Positions 15,598-23,859 of a stretch of DNA of 43,168 bases are shown here, piece by piece. Position 1 is the stretch's first letter, and every line of letters begins with the position of its first letter. A program made the position numbers and the translations under genes. This stretch comes from a virus, in IMG/VR virus record IMGVR_UViG_3300045988_127339, positions 1-43,168 of that record. The stretch is one strand, 5' to 3'. The notes below the pieces were generated by a model. It was given only the letters and a program-made list of their open reading frames with translations. It did not search any database and was not told where the DNA came from.

Positions 15598-16397
15598 TGG
15601 GCGGCAGAGGAAGCAGCATGAGAGGCAGTCAGGGCATGGGAGGAGGCGCAGGAGCGCCCGCAGCCGCCGCGCAGGCGATGCCCACGGTACAGGCGGCACC
15701 GGCGGTGCAGCAGGCAGGCCCGCCCACCGGCGCAAACGGCTTTGGACATCTGACGCCCCAGCAGGTGGCCGCATTTGAGAACGCCGCCCAGCAGCAGATG
15801 CAGCGCGACCCGGCGCTGGCGGCAGGCGTCGTGGACTACATCAACCCGGTCATGCAGAGCAACGGCAAGGCCCTGAGCCAGAACGCCAACTGGGCCGCAG
15901 CGAACGGTCTGCCCCTGACCAAGCGGCAGCAGGCCATGATGGACGCAGTGGATAAGCTGGCCAAGCCCATCGGGCAGGAGACCACCCTCTACCGCGCCGA
16001 CCACGACGACTTCCTGAAGCGCCTGAAGGTCAACAACTACCAGAGCATGAGCGACAGCCAGCTGCGCAAGGCGCTGGTAGGCAAGACATGGACGAATGAA
16101 TGTCTGGAGTCCACGGCCTACGACAGCCGGGATAACCCCTTCTGGCCGCAGCCGAACGGACGCAGCACCGGCAAGTCCGGGCAAGGCGGCTCCGTCTCCG
16201 GCAACCGCGAGGTACTGATCCGGTACCACACCGCCAAAAGCGCCCGCGCGGCATTCATCCAGCCCAGCCAGTCCGAAGCGGTTCTGGCGGTGGGCACCCA
16301 TCACAAAATCACCGGCGTCCGGTCTACCCGCACCGGACCGTCTCACACATACCTGACCGGCAAACGTGTGATTGAACTGGAAATCGAAGTGTGGTAA
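15597..16397 (+). CDS. ADP-ribosyltransferase, R-S-E type (C3/VIP2-like), with a Gly-rich N-terminal leader
   Basis: It carries TTLYRAD (Arg), LESTAYD (S-T) and QPSQSEAVLAVG (Q-x-E ARTT motif). The leader is MGGRGSSMRGSQGMGGGAG. The start overlaps the upstream stop (TAATG). Confidence 0.75.
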   Translation: MGGRGSSMRGSQGMGGGAGAPAAAAQAMPTVQAAPAVQQAGPPTGANGFGHLTPQQVAAFENAAQQQMQRDPALAAGVVDYINPVMQSNGKALSQNANWAAANGLPLTKRQQAMMDAVDKLAKPIGQETTLYRADHDDFLKRLKVNNYQSMSDSQLRKALVGKTWTNECLESTAYDSRDNPFWPQPNGRSTGKSGQGGSVSGNREVLIRYHTAKSARAAFIQPSQSEAVLAVGTHHKITGVRSTRTGPSHTYLTGKRVIELEIEVW

Positions 16398-16419
16398 AAT
16401 CAATTCGGAGGACTTTACT

Positions 16420-16647
16420 ATGGCAGCAAAGAAAGACCCTTATGCAAAGTTCCGCAAGCTCAAGCAGCACCCGGACTACGACAAAATGACCCCGGCAGAT
16501 CGCCGCCTGTACGGCGAATACCTGCAGTCGGACGAGCAGAAGTTCCGGCCTCTCGACACCCCGAAAACGAGCCGACCTTTCCCCAATCTGGGCATGGAGA
16601 AGCCCGCAGCGAAGAAGAAGACCGCTGCAAAATCGAAGAAAAAGTAA
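16420..16647 (+). CDS. Small basic protein with a Lys-rich C-terminal tail
   Basis: The 75-aa product has a CGGAGGA RBS, contains KDPYAKF and ends PAAKKKTAAKSKKK. Confidence 0.65.
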   Translation: MAAKKDPYAKFRKLKQHPDYDKMTPADRRLYGEYLQSDEQKFRPLDTPKTSRPFPNLGMEKPAAKKKTAAKSKKK

Positions 16648-16683
16648 ATCGTAACGGTTTGCCCCCGCATTTCGTGTTACCCT
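16646..16683 (+). promoter_or_regulatory. Promoter-like element AAATCGTAACG-N21-TACCCT (copy 2)
   Basis: The motif and spacing match copy 1. It lies directly upstream of the second ART-like gene. Confidence 0.45.
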
Positions 16684-16717
16684 TGACCGAGAAATTCACG
16701 GCCAAGGGAGGAAGGAC

Positions 16718-17530
16718 ATGGGCGGCAGAGGCACAAGCATGGGCGGCAGCCACGGCATGGGCGGAGGCGGCGGTGCAGCGAAAGCGGCATCGGCAGCGCC
16801 CCAGACCCGGGAGCAGCAGCTGCTTGCACAGATCAAGGGCAACCCGGCGGCCCTGATGCAGATGAGCGATCAGGACGCGGCAGATACGGTAGCAGCCATC
16901 GAAAAGCTGCCCATCGCCACCGACGGCACCGAGCGAGACTGCTTCATCCAGCGGTACATGAACGCCATCGGATGGAGCAACAACAAGCCCACCGTGCTGG
17001 ACGACAACGCATACGAGAAAGCCCGCAAGCAGGCCGGTGAGGAATCCATGTACCACTCGGCAAAGAACTTTGGCGGCAAGACCGGCGGCGTATTCAACGA
17101 TCAGCTCATGACCGGCAAAACCGCGTTTGCGTTTGAAGGACTGTACGGTGCAGGCACTTACTGGGCGCATGACAGTGCAGGCGCTTCCGCTGGGTACGGC
17201 CCGTATCAGGTCAAAGCATTTCTCAACGGTAAGGCAAAGGTTACGACCACATACCAGCTGAGTCAGGAATGGAATCAGCTCGCAGCAAAAAAGCCCCGGC
17301 TGTTCGCCGCATTAAGCAGTGCAAAGCGAGGCAGCTATGGCGGAGATAACGAAACGATCTACCCATTTCTTGCCGCAGCGAAGGGATTTAACGTCATCAT
17401 CAAAAGCGACTACTCAAACAGCAGCACGTCGCGCAGGCGAGGGCAGTATGTCATTACTTTGGATCGCAGCGTGACCACAATGAGCAGCAAAACCATCAAC
17501 AATGCATGGAGGTCCATGGCAAACTGGTAA
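16718..17530 (+). CDS. Second Gly-leader protein, possibly an H-Y-E (PARP/ART-PolyVal-like) ADP-ribosyltransferase
   Basis: The leader MGGRGTSMGGSHGMGGGGG is paralogous to the one at 15597. ESMYHSAK (His) and GLYGAGTYWAHD (GxGxY[FW]A) resemble H-Y-E ART motifs. Confidence 0.45.
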   Translation: MGGRGTSMGGSHGMGGGGGAAKAASAAPQTREQQLLAQIKGNPAALMQMSDQDAADTVAAIEKLPIATDGTERDCFIQRYMNAIGWSNNKPTVLDDNAYEKARKQAGEESMYHSAKNFGGKTGGVFNDQLMTGKTAFAFEGLYGAGTYWAHDSAGASAGYGPYQVKAFLNGKAKVTTTYQLSQEWNQLAAKKPRLFAALSSAKRGSYGGDNETIYPFLAAAKGFNVIIKSDYSNSSTSRRRGQYVITLDRSVTTMSSKTINNAWRSMANW

Positions 17531-17543
17531 AGGGAGGATACAA

Positions 17544-17753
17544 ATGGCAGAATCCAGATGGGACGAAAAGTTGATTACTCGGTTAGAGGAGAGTCCCGAG
17601 GGACAGAAGCACGGGCAGGGCGCCCGCAAGTACGCAGTCGATTGCTGGTACATCCATATCGGCGAGTGGGAGGCTCCCAAGGGATGGAAAGACCCCTACG
17701 CCAAGCTGGACAAAGCCGCAAAGGCCAAGCCCAAGGCGAAGTCCAAAAAGTAA
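17544..17753 (+). CDS. Small basic protein with a Lys-rich C-terminal tail (counterpart of 16420-16647)
   Basis: The 69-aa product has an AGGGAGGA RBS, contains KDPYAKL and ends KAAKAKPKAKSKK. Confidence 0.65.
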   Translation: MAESRWDEKLITRLEESPEGQKHGQGARKYAVDCWYIHIGEWEAPKGWKDPYAKLDKAAKAKPKAKSKK

Positions 17754-17813
17754 TTCATAACGCTTTTTCCGTAGACTCTCTGGTATAATCGCCAGAGAGT
17801 CTATTTTTGTTTG
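17752..17813 (+). terminator. Degenerate copy 3 of the promoter-like motif overlapping a perfect 12-bp hairpin terminator
   Basis: It reads AATTCATAACG-N21-TATAAT. TAGACTCTCTGG (17772-17783) and CCAGAGAGTCTA (17792-17803) form a stem that encloses the TATAAT in its loop, followed by TTTTTGTTTG. Confidence 0.6.
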
Positions 17814-17828
17814 CCCGGGAGGTATGGC

Positions 17829-19094
17829 ATGGACAGCGCAAAGCACCAGATCGAGTATAAGCGGCTGGACGAGATACGGCCCTACGACAACAATCCCCGG
17901 CGCAACGACGAGGCCGCAAAGGCAGTGGCCAACAGCATCCGGGAGTTCGGCTTCCAGTCCCCCATCATTGTGGACAGGGACGGCGTCATTATCGCCGGAC
18001 ACACCCGGTACAAGGCCGCCCGGAGGCTCAAGCTCCAGACCGTGCCGGTCATCGTGGCCGCAGAGCTGACGCCCGAGCAGGTCAAGGCCCTGCGCATCGC
18101 GGACAACTCCACCGGCGAAGTGGCCGAGTGGGACTTGCAGCTTCTGGTGCAGGAGCTGACCGGCATCGACTACGACATGGCCGACTTCGGTCTGAATCTT
18201 GAGATCAGGGTGGACGAAGAGGTCAAAGAGGACGACTTCGACGCTGAGCCGCCCGAGAAGCCCATCACCCAACGGGGAGACATCTGGCTGCTGGGCGACC
18301 ACCGGGTCATGTGCGGCGACAGCACCAGCCCGCAGGATGTGGAGCGGCTCATGGACGGCCAGCTGGCTGACCTGCTGCTCACCGACCCGCCCTACAACGT
18401 CAACTACGAGGGCAGCAACGGCAAGAAGATCGAGAACGACAACATGGCAGAGAGCGAGTTCCGGCAGTTCCTGCTCAAGGCATACAGCCGGGCCTTCGAC
18501 GCCTGCCGCACCGGGGCCAGCGCGTATATCTTCCACGCCGACACCGAAGGCGAGGCCTTCCGGGCCATGTTCCGGGAGGCTGGCTGGGGGCTGCATGGTT
18601 GCCTCGTCTGGGTCAAGAACAGCCTTGTGCTGGGCCGCAGCGACTACCAATGGCAGCACGAACCCTGCCTGTACGGCTGGAAGCCCGGGGCCAACCACTA
18701 CTTCATCAACGACCGCAGCCAGACCACCGTCATCGACGACGCGAAGCCAGACGACCTGCGGCACATGAAGAAGGACCAACTGCTGGACTGGGCCATCAAG
18801 GCGCAGGCCCTGCTCACCCAGACGCCCAGCAGCGTCCTCCGCTGCGATAAGCCGCCCCGCAACGCAGAGCACCCCACCATGAAGCCGGTGGTGCTCTGCG
18901 GCAGGCTCATCAAGAACAGCTCGAAGCCCGGCCAGACCGTGCTGGACCTGTTCGGCGGCAGCGGCTCCACCCTCATCGCCTGCGAGCAGCTGAGCCGGAG
19001 GTGCTGCACGATGGAGTACGACCCGAGGTATGTGGACGTCATCGTGAAACGGTGGGAGGACTTCACCGGCGAAAAGGCGATCCGCCTCAAATAA
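17829..19094 (+). CDS. ParB-N (sulfiredoxin-like) domain fused to an N6A/N4C DNA methyltransferase (DPPY)
   Basis: The N-terminus is IRPYDNNPRRNDE...IIVDRDGVIIAGHTRYKAA. The methyltransferase motifs are LLLTDPPYNV and, at the C-terminus, VLDLFGGSGSTLIACE. The ATG at 17829 follows a GGGAGG RBS. No cognate restriction enzyme is present in the window. Confidence 0.85.
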   Translation: MDSAKHQIEYKRLDEIRPYDNNPRRNDEAAKAVANSIREFGFQSPIIVDRDGVIIAGHTRYKAARRLKLQTVPVIVAAELTPEQVKALRIADNSTGEVAEWDLQLLVQELTGIDYDMADFGLNLEIRVDEEVKEDDFDAEPPEKPITQRGDIWLLGDHRVMCGDSTSPQDVERLMDGQLADLLLTDPPYNVNYEGSNGKKIENDNMAESEFRQFLLKAYSRAFDACRTGASAYIFHADTEGEAFRAMFREAGWGLHGCLVWVKNSLVLGRSDYQWQHEPCLYGWKPGANHYFINDRSQTTVIDDAKPDDLRHMKKDQLLDWAIKAQALLTQTPSSVLRCDKPPRNAEHPTMKPVVLCGRLIKNSSKPGQTVLDLFGGSGSTLIACEQLSRRCCTMEYDPRYVDVIVKRWEDFTGEKAIRLK

Positions 19095-19151
19095 CCATCC
19101 CCGCCGGGGCCGGGTTTTCTACTCCTTTCCCGCCCCGGTTTTATCATAGCC

Positions 19152-19220
19152 AAAACGGCGCACGCCCGGGTCATCCTCCGCCCGCAGGGCCTCTTCCGAG
19201 GGGCCGGTGTGCGCCGTTTT
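19152..19220 (+). promoter_or_regulatory. Long-range inverted repeat / large hairpin immediately upstream of terS
   Basis: AAAACGGCGCAC (19152-19163) pairs with GTGCGCCGTTTT (19209-19220). This is a 12-bp perfect stem, extendable by CCGG, around a GC-rich 45-nt loop, and it ends in TTTTCTC. Confidence 0.5.
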
Positions 19221-19239
19221 CTCATACGGAGGTGACACC

Positions 19240-19650
19240 TTGGCACGAGAATCCCTCATCAGCAAATGGAACAGTCCCAGCGGCCTGCTGCGATTGCAGC
19301 GGCTGGCTATGCACGGCCTCAACCAGTCCGAGATCTGCGAGCAGATCGGCGTGCCGACCCGCACCTTCCGGCGCTGGTGCACGCAGGACCCCCGCATCGC
19401 ACAGGCCATCAGCGTGGGCGCAGAGGCAGCGCTGGCCAGCGTGGAGAATGCCTTGTTCAAGAAGGCCCAGAGCGGCGATCTGGGGGCGATGTGCTTTTAT
19501 CTGAAGAACCGTGACCCCGAGCACTGGTCAGAGCACCCGGAGCTGCGGGGCTACGACGGAAAGGTGGTGTTTGTGGATGACATACCAAAGACGGAGGCCC
19601 CCAAACCTTCTCAAGCAGCAGCTGAAACTCAGCAGCCTCATCATCCCTGA
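19240..19650 (+). CDS. terS: Terminase small subunit (HTH-containing)
   Basis: It contains MHGLNQSEICEQIGVPTRTFRRWC (HTH) and GDLGAMCFYLKNRDPEHW (typical TerS motif). I chose the TTG at 19240 because of its GGAGGTG RBS. The start is uncertain. Confidence 0.7.
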   Translation: MARESLISKWNSPSGLLRLQRLAMHGLNQSEICEQIGVPTRTFRRWCTQDPRIAQAISVGAEAALASVENALFKKAQSGDLGAMCFYLKNRDPEHWSEHPELRGYDGKVVFVDDIPKTEAPKPSQAAAETQQPHHP

Positions 19651-20869
19651 ATACTACGCCGCCCACACAGCCATCTGGTCGGGTGAGTACAACGAGTATC
19701 TGGGCGACGGCGGACGCGGCTCTCTCAAGTCCACCTTCGCCGCCACCGAAGTGGTGCTGCTCCTCATGCGGGTGCCCAACATCCACGCCGTCGTCCTGCG
19801 CAAGGTGGGCAACACCATCGCCACCAGCGTCTGGCCCGAGTACAACCGGGTCATCGACCGCATGGGCATCCGGCATCTCTGGAAGCAGCAGAAGAAGCCC
19901 TACACCCTCACATACATCCCCACCGGGCAGACCATCCAGTTCTACGGCCTCGACGACCCGGGCAAGCTGAAGTCCATCGCCGTTCCCTTCGGCTACTTCG
20001 GCGTCATGCACTTCGAGGAGTTCGACCAGTACGACGGCCCGGAGGAAGTCCGAAACGTAGAACAGTCCGTCTTCCGAGGCGGACCGTTCAGTTTTTCCTT
20101 CAAGACCTTCAACAGCCCGGCCATGGCCCGGCACTGGGTCAACCGGTACAAGCGGGAGCCGAAGCCCAAGCAGTTCCGCCACCACACCACCTACCTGACC
20201 ACCCCGCCCGAGTGGCTCGGCCCCCGATTCTTCGATGACGCGGAGACCCTGAAACAGCGCGACCCGGTGGCCTACGCCCACGAATATATGGGCGAGGTGG
20301 TAGGCTGCGGCACCGCCGTGTTCGAGAATCTGGAGCTGCGGCCCATCACCAGCGAGGAGATCGCCGGCTTCGACCGGCGCTACTACGGCCTCGACTTCGG
20401 CTGGTATCCCGACCCGAACCACTTCGGCGGAATGAGCTACGACCACGCCCGGCAGACCATCTACATCTTCGAGGAACACCGCGCCCAGAAGGAAACGGAT
20501 GCCCAGCTGGCAGAGGTACTGAAAAAACACCAGCGGGAGACCATCATCGCGGACAGCGCGGCCAACCGCTCCATCGCCACCCTGCGCGACCTTGGCTTCC
20601 GGCAGCTGCGCGGCTGCACCAAGTATGCCCGCAACGGCGGCACCAGCGTGACCGACGGCATGAAGTGGCTGCAGAGCCGGGCCAAGATCGTCATCGACCC
20701 GGCACGCTGCCCGTGGACTGCCCGGGAGTTTTCGGAATATGAGTACGCCATCGACAAAAAGACCGGCGAGGTGGCCCCCGGGTATGTTGATGCCGCCAAC
20801 CACAGCATCGATATGACCCGGTACGCCCTCGAGGACGTCTGGCAGCAGAGAGGAGCACAGAACGCATGA
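19577..20869 (+). CDS. terL: Terminase large subunit
   Basis: It carries Walker A-like LGDGGRGSLKST and the layout of an ATPase plus a nuclease domain, and it lies between terS and the portal gene. The start is either 19577 or 19511 and is uncertain. Confidence 0.8.
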   Translation: MTYQRRRPPNLLKQQLKLSSLIIPEYYAAHTAIWSGEYNEYLGDGGRGSLKSTFAATEVVLLLMRVPNIHAVVLRKVGNTIATSVWPEYNRVIDRMGIRHLWKQQKKPYTLTYIPTGQTIQFYGLDDPGKLKSIAVPFGYFGVMHFEEFDQYDGPEEVRNVEQSVFRGGPFSFSFKTFNSPAMARHWVNRYKREPKPKQFRHHTTYLTTPPEWLGPRFFDDAETLKQRDPVAYAHEYMGEVVGCGTAVFENLELRPITSEEIAGFDRRYYGLDFGWYPDPNHFGGMSYDHARQTIYIFEEHRAQKETDAQLAEVLKKHQRETIIADSAANRSIATLRDLGFRQLRGCTKYARNGGTSVTDGMKWLQSRAKIVIDPARCPWTAREFSEYEYAIDKKTGEVAPGYVDAANHSIDMTRYALEDVWQQRGAQNA

Positions 20870-22392
20870 TAAACCACGCCGACATCGAGAACATCATCGG
20901 CTGCAAAACACTGGTCACCGACCGGATGCAGCAGGCCATCGAAGGGTGGTATGACGCTGCCATCAACGGTCTACCCCTCAGCCGCGACCCGGAGACCCTC
21001 TCTCTGGGCCTGCCTGCGGTCATCTGCAGTGAGCTGGCCCGGCTGACCACGCTGGAGCTGGACGCCAAGGTGGAGGGCAGTCCCCGGGCAGACTGGGTGA
21101 ACGCCCAGCTGCAGCGGGTGCTGGCTCCCCGCAGACGGCGGAAATTCGCCCTCGCGCTGGCGCTGGGTAGCGGCATCTGGAAACCCTACCAGAGCGGCAA
21201 AAGCATGGGCGTCGGCTTCAGCAATGCGAGCCAGTATTTCCCGGTGGCCCACGATGTCAACAGCTGTCTGACCGAGGGCGTGTTTGTGGACACCTTGCAG
21301 GACGGCGGCGAATGCTACCACCGCATCGAATGGCTCCATCTCCTCGAGAGCAGGGCCGACCTGCGGGACGCGGAGCTGGCCCTTTTGGAGGACTACGACC
21401 TCGACCCGCCGGGGCAGTTTCCCTGTGTGCAGGTCATCAATCTGGCGTTTCGCAGTGCTACACGAAGCTCGCTGGGCAGCCCGGAAGACCTGAGCATCCG
21501 CCCCGAGTGGGATGAGCTGCAGCCAGTGGCATGGCTCACCGGGCTGGACAAGCTGCCTCTGGGCTACTTCGTAACGCCCATCGTCAACAACATCGATCCC
21601 GACAGTGAGCTTGGAGCCGCCATGTTCGAGTCCGCCCGGCAGCAGATCATCGACGCAGACGAGCAGTATACCCGGCTGGACTGGGAGTACGAGGGCGGCG
21701 AGCTGGCCGTGGACACCGCAGGCAGCTATCTCAAACCCTCCGGCGTCGGGCAACAGCTCTCCCGCGCCGAGGCGCTGCGCCAGTATGGCGTCCCGCCCGA
21801 GGCCATCGACAGCACCGCGCCCCATCACCGGGAACGGCTGTTCCACGGTCTTGATGTCAACACCGGCATCCTCCAGAGCACCCCCTTCTATCAGGTCTTC
21901 TCCCCCGCCCTGCGGGACGGCAGCTACCTCGCCGGTCTGAACCAGTATCTCCGCAATGTGGAGAGCCACGCGGGTCTGAGCTTCGGCGTCCTCTCGCAGG
22001 TGGCCGACGTGGAAAAGACCGCCACCGAGATCGTCAGCAGCAAGCAGAAGCTCTACGCCACCGTGTCCGACCTTCAGGCAGCGCTGGAGGACGCTCTGCG
22101 GGGCCTCGTCGAGGCGCTGGACTACTGGGCCGACCATATCCCCGACGCCCCGAGGCGGGGCAAGCTGAGCGTCTCCTTCAAGTGGGACGACAGCATCATC
22201 CTCGATCGGCTTTCCGAGATGGCCCAGTGGCAGCAGGAAGTCACGATGGGTCTGCGGGGCAAAGCCGAGTACCGTCAGCACTTCTACGGCGAGGACGAGC
22301 AGACGGCCCGGGCGGCCATTGAAGCCATCCAGCACGAGAACGGCGGCGATGACATTCTGAAAGGAGTCCTGAGCAATGGCAGTGAACACTAA
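20866..22392 (+). CDS. Portal protein
   Basis: The 508-aa ORF lies immediately after terL and its start overlaps the terL stop (ATGA). Its size and position are typical of SPP1/A118-like portals. Confidence 0.75.
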   Translation: MINHADIENIIGCKTLVTDRMQQAIEGWYDAAINGLPLSRDPETLSLGLPAVICSELARLTTLELDAKVEGSPRADWVNAQLQRVLAPRRRRKFALALALGSGIWKPYQSGKSMGVGFSNASQYFPVAHDVNSCLTEGVFVDTLQDGGECYHRIEWLHLLESRADLRDAELALLEDYDLDPPGQFPCVQVINLAFRSATRSSLGSPEDLSIRPEWDELQPVAWLTGLDKLPLGYFVTPIVNNIDPDSELGAAMFESARQQIIDADEQYTRLDWEYEGGELAVDTAGSYLKPSGVGQQLSRAEALRQYGVPPEAIDSTAPHHRERLFHGLDVNTGILQSTPFYQVFSPALRDGSYLAGLNQYLRNVESHAGLSFGVLSQVADVEKTATEIVSSKQKLYATVSDLQAALEDALRGLVEALDYWADHIPDAPRRGKLSVSFKWDDSIILDRLSEMAQWQQEVTMGLRGKAEYRQHFYGEDEQTARAAIEAIQHENGGDDILKGVLSNGSEH

Positions 22393-22564
22393 AAAGGCCC
22401 GGATGGAGCAAGCCGCAGCCCGTCTGGACCATCTGGCAGGCAACGCCAGCGTTCTCCGCTCTCCGGAGCTGTGGGAGCGGTATCATGAAGCCGTAAAGAT
22501 CACCGAGCTGCTGGGCTTCCATGTCACCCAGAGCGGTGGACGCCATACGGTGACGCCATGCTGA
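22376..22564 (+). CDS. Hypothetical small protein
   Basis: The 62-aa ORF has an AAAGGAG RBS and is coupled to both flanking genes. Confidence 0.5.
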   Translation: MAVNTKKARMEQAAARLDHLAGNASVLRSPELWERYHEAVKITELLGFHVTQSGGRHTVTPC

Positions 22565-23766
22565 CGCCGAAGCAGGTAGACCGCTACACCGGCCTGCTGG
22601 CCGCACCATGGGACGAGCTGGGTGAGCGCATCCTCCGGGACATGGTGCGCCGCATCCTCAAGGCAGGGCGGGTCACAGACACTGCCCGGTGGCAGATGCT
22701 CCGTGCGGAGGCACTGGGTGCAAGCCGGGCCTATCTCATCCAGCAGATGAACGCCATCGTGCAGCAGATCAGCCCCAAGGAGGCCGTTCTGTTTGCCCGG
22801 GCGATGCAGGAGGCCTACGACATCGACGGGAAGGACGCAGCCGCAGCGGGCCGTGCATTGCCCCCTCTGGGCGAGAGCGAGGAGGCGCAGCAGATCGTGC
22901 GCAGCGGCTACCGCCGCACCCTGAACACCCTCTACAATCTCACCCAGACCCGGGCGGTCATGGGCAACGACAACATGGTGGAGACCACCCAGCGCCAGCT
23001 GGCCTATTACCTCGACATGGCCCACTCTGACGCCGTTAGCGGGGCGTTCAGCTCCGACGACGCGGCCCGCCGTGCCCTCAACGAGCTGGCGTCCAAGGGC
23101 GTCGGGGCCATCACCTACCCCAGCGGCCATGTGGATACGCTGGATGTGGTGGTGCTGCGGGCCTGCCGCACAGGGGTCAATCAGACCGCAGGAGAGATCA
23201 CCCGGTACAACGCCGACGCCCTCGACTGCGACCTGATGGAGCTGGACGCCCACGTGGGCGCTCGCACCGGCGACGGCGGGCAGGACCTGACCAACCACAG
23301 CTGGTGGCAGGGTCAGATCGTCAGCCGGAGTGGGAAGCACGGCTACCTCTCGCTGGCCGACATCGGCTACGGCGACGTCCGGGGCTTCATGGGGGCCAAC
23401 TGCTCCCACAACTGGTCGATGTACTGGGAGGGGGCGAGCGTGCGCAGCTACACCCCCGAACGGCTGGCGAGGATCAATGCCGCCACCGTCTCCTACAACG
23501 GCAAAGACATCGGGAGGTACGCGGCCACCCAGATGCAGCGTGCACAGGAGCGCCGCATCCGGGCCGAGAAACGGGCCTTTCTTGTTGCCCGGGAAAGCGG
23601 CCAGCATGATATGGAAAAGGCCGCAGCGGACAAGCTGGCCGCCTCTCGTGCGAAGCTGAAGGACTTCTGCCATCAGACCGGTCTCCATTCCTACCAGCTG
23701 CGGGAATCTGTCCCCGGCTTTGGGCGGAGCGAGGCCGCAAGCGCAGCGGCGCAGGCGAGGAAATAA
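22558..23766 (+). CDS. Minor head / head-morphogenesis protein (SPP1 gp7 / minor capsid protein 2-like)
   Basis: The 402-aa ORF follows the portal gene. It contains HVGARTGDGGQDLTNHSWWQGQ and GANCSHNW motifs that resemble the MuF/gp7 family. Confidence 0.65.
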   Translation: MLTPKQVDRYTGLLAAPWDELGERILRDMVRRILKAGRVTDTARWQMLRAEALGASRAYLIQQMNAIVQQISPKEAVLFARAMQEAYDIDGKDAAAAGRALPPLGESEEAQQIVRSGYRRTLNTLYNLTQTRAVMGNDNMVETTQRQLAYYLDMAHSDAVSGAFSSDDAARRALNELASKGVGAITYPSGHVDTLDVVVLRACRTGVNQTAGEITRYNADALDCDLMELDAHVGARTGDGGQDLTNHSWWQGQIVSRSGKHGYLSLADIGYGDVRGFMGANCSHNWSMYWEGASVRSYTPERLARINAATVSYNGKDIGRYAATQMQRAQERRIRAEKRAFLVARESGQHDMEKAAADKLAASRAKLKDFCHQTGLHSYQLRESVPGFGRSEAASAAAQARK

Positions 23767-23821
23767 AAGGCGTCTCGACGCTTTCTGACGCTTATGTTTA
23801 CTGTACTTTCTAAAAGGGGCA

Positions 23822-23830
23822 TGGTATAAT
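23822..23830 (+). promoter_or_regulatory. Extended -10 promoter TGgTATAAT for the lipoprotein moron
   Basis: TGGTATAAT lies 30 nt upstream of the ATG at 23860, in an AT-rich intergenic region. Confidence 0.55.
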
Positions 23831-23859
23831 CAGCCCGCTATAGAAAGTGAGGTTTTGTC

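Noticed and set aside
19511-19576. The upstream ATG at 19511 as the terL start.
   Set aside because: That start would overlap terS by 140 nt and add an Arg/Cys/Trp-rich N-terminus (MTPSTGQSTRSCGATTERWCLW). The ATG at 19577 has a GAAAGGTGG-like RBS. This is not fully excluded.
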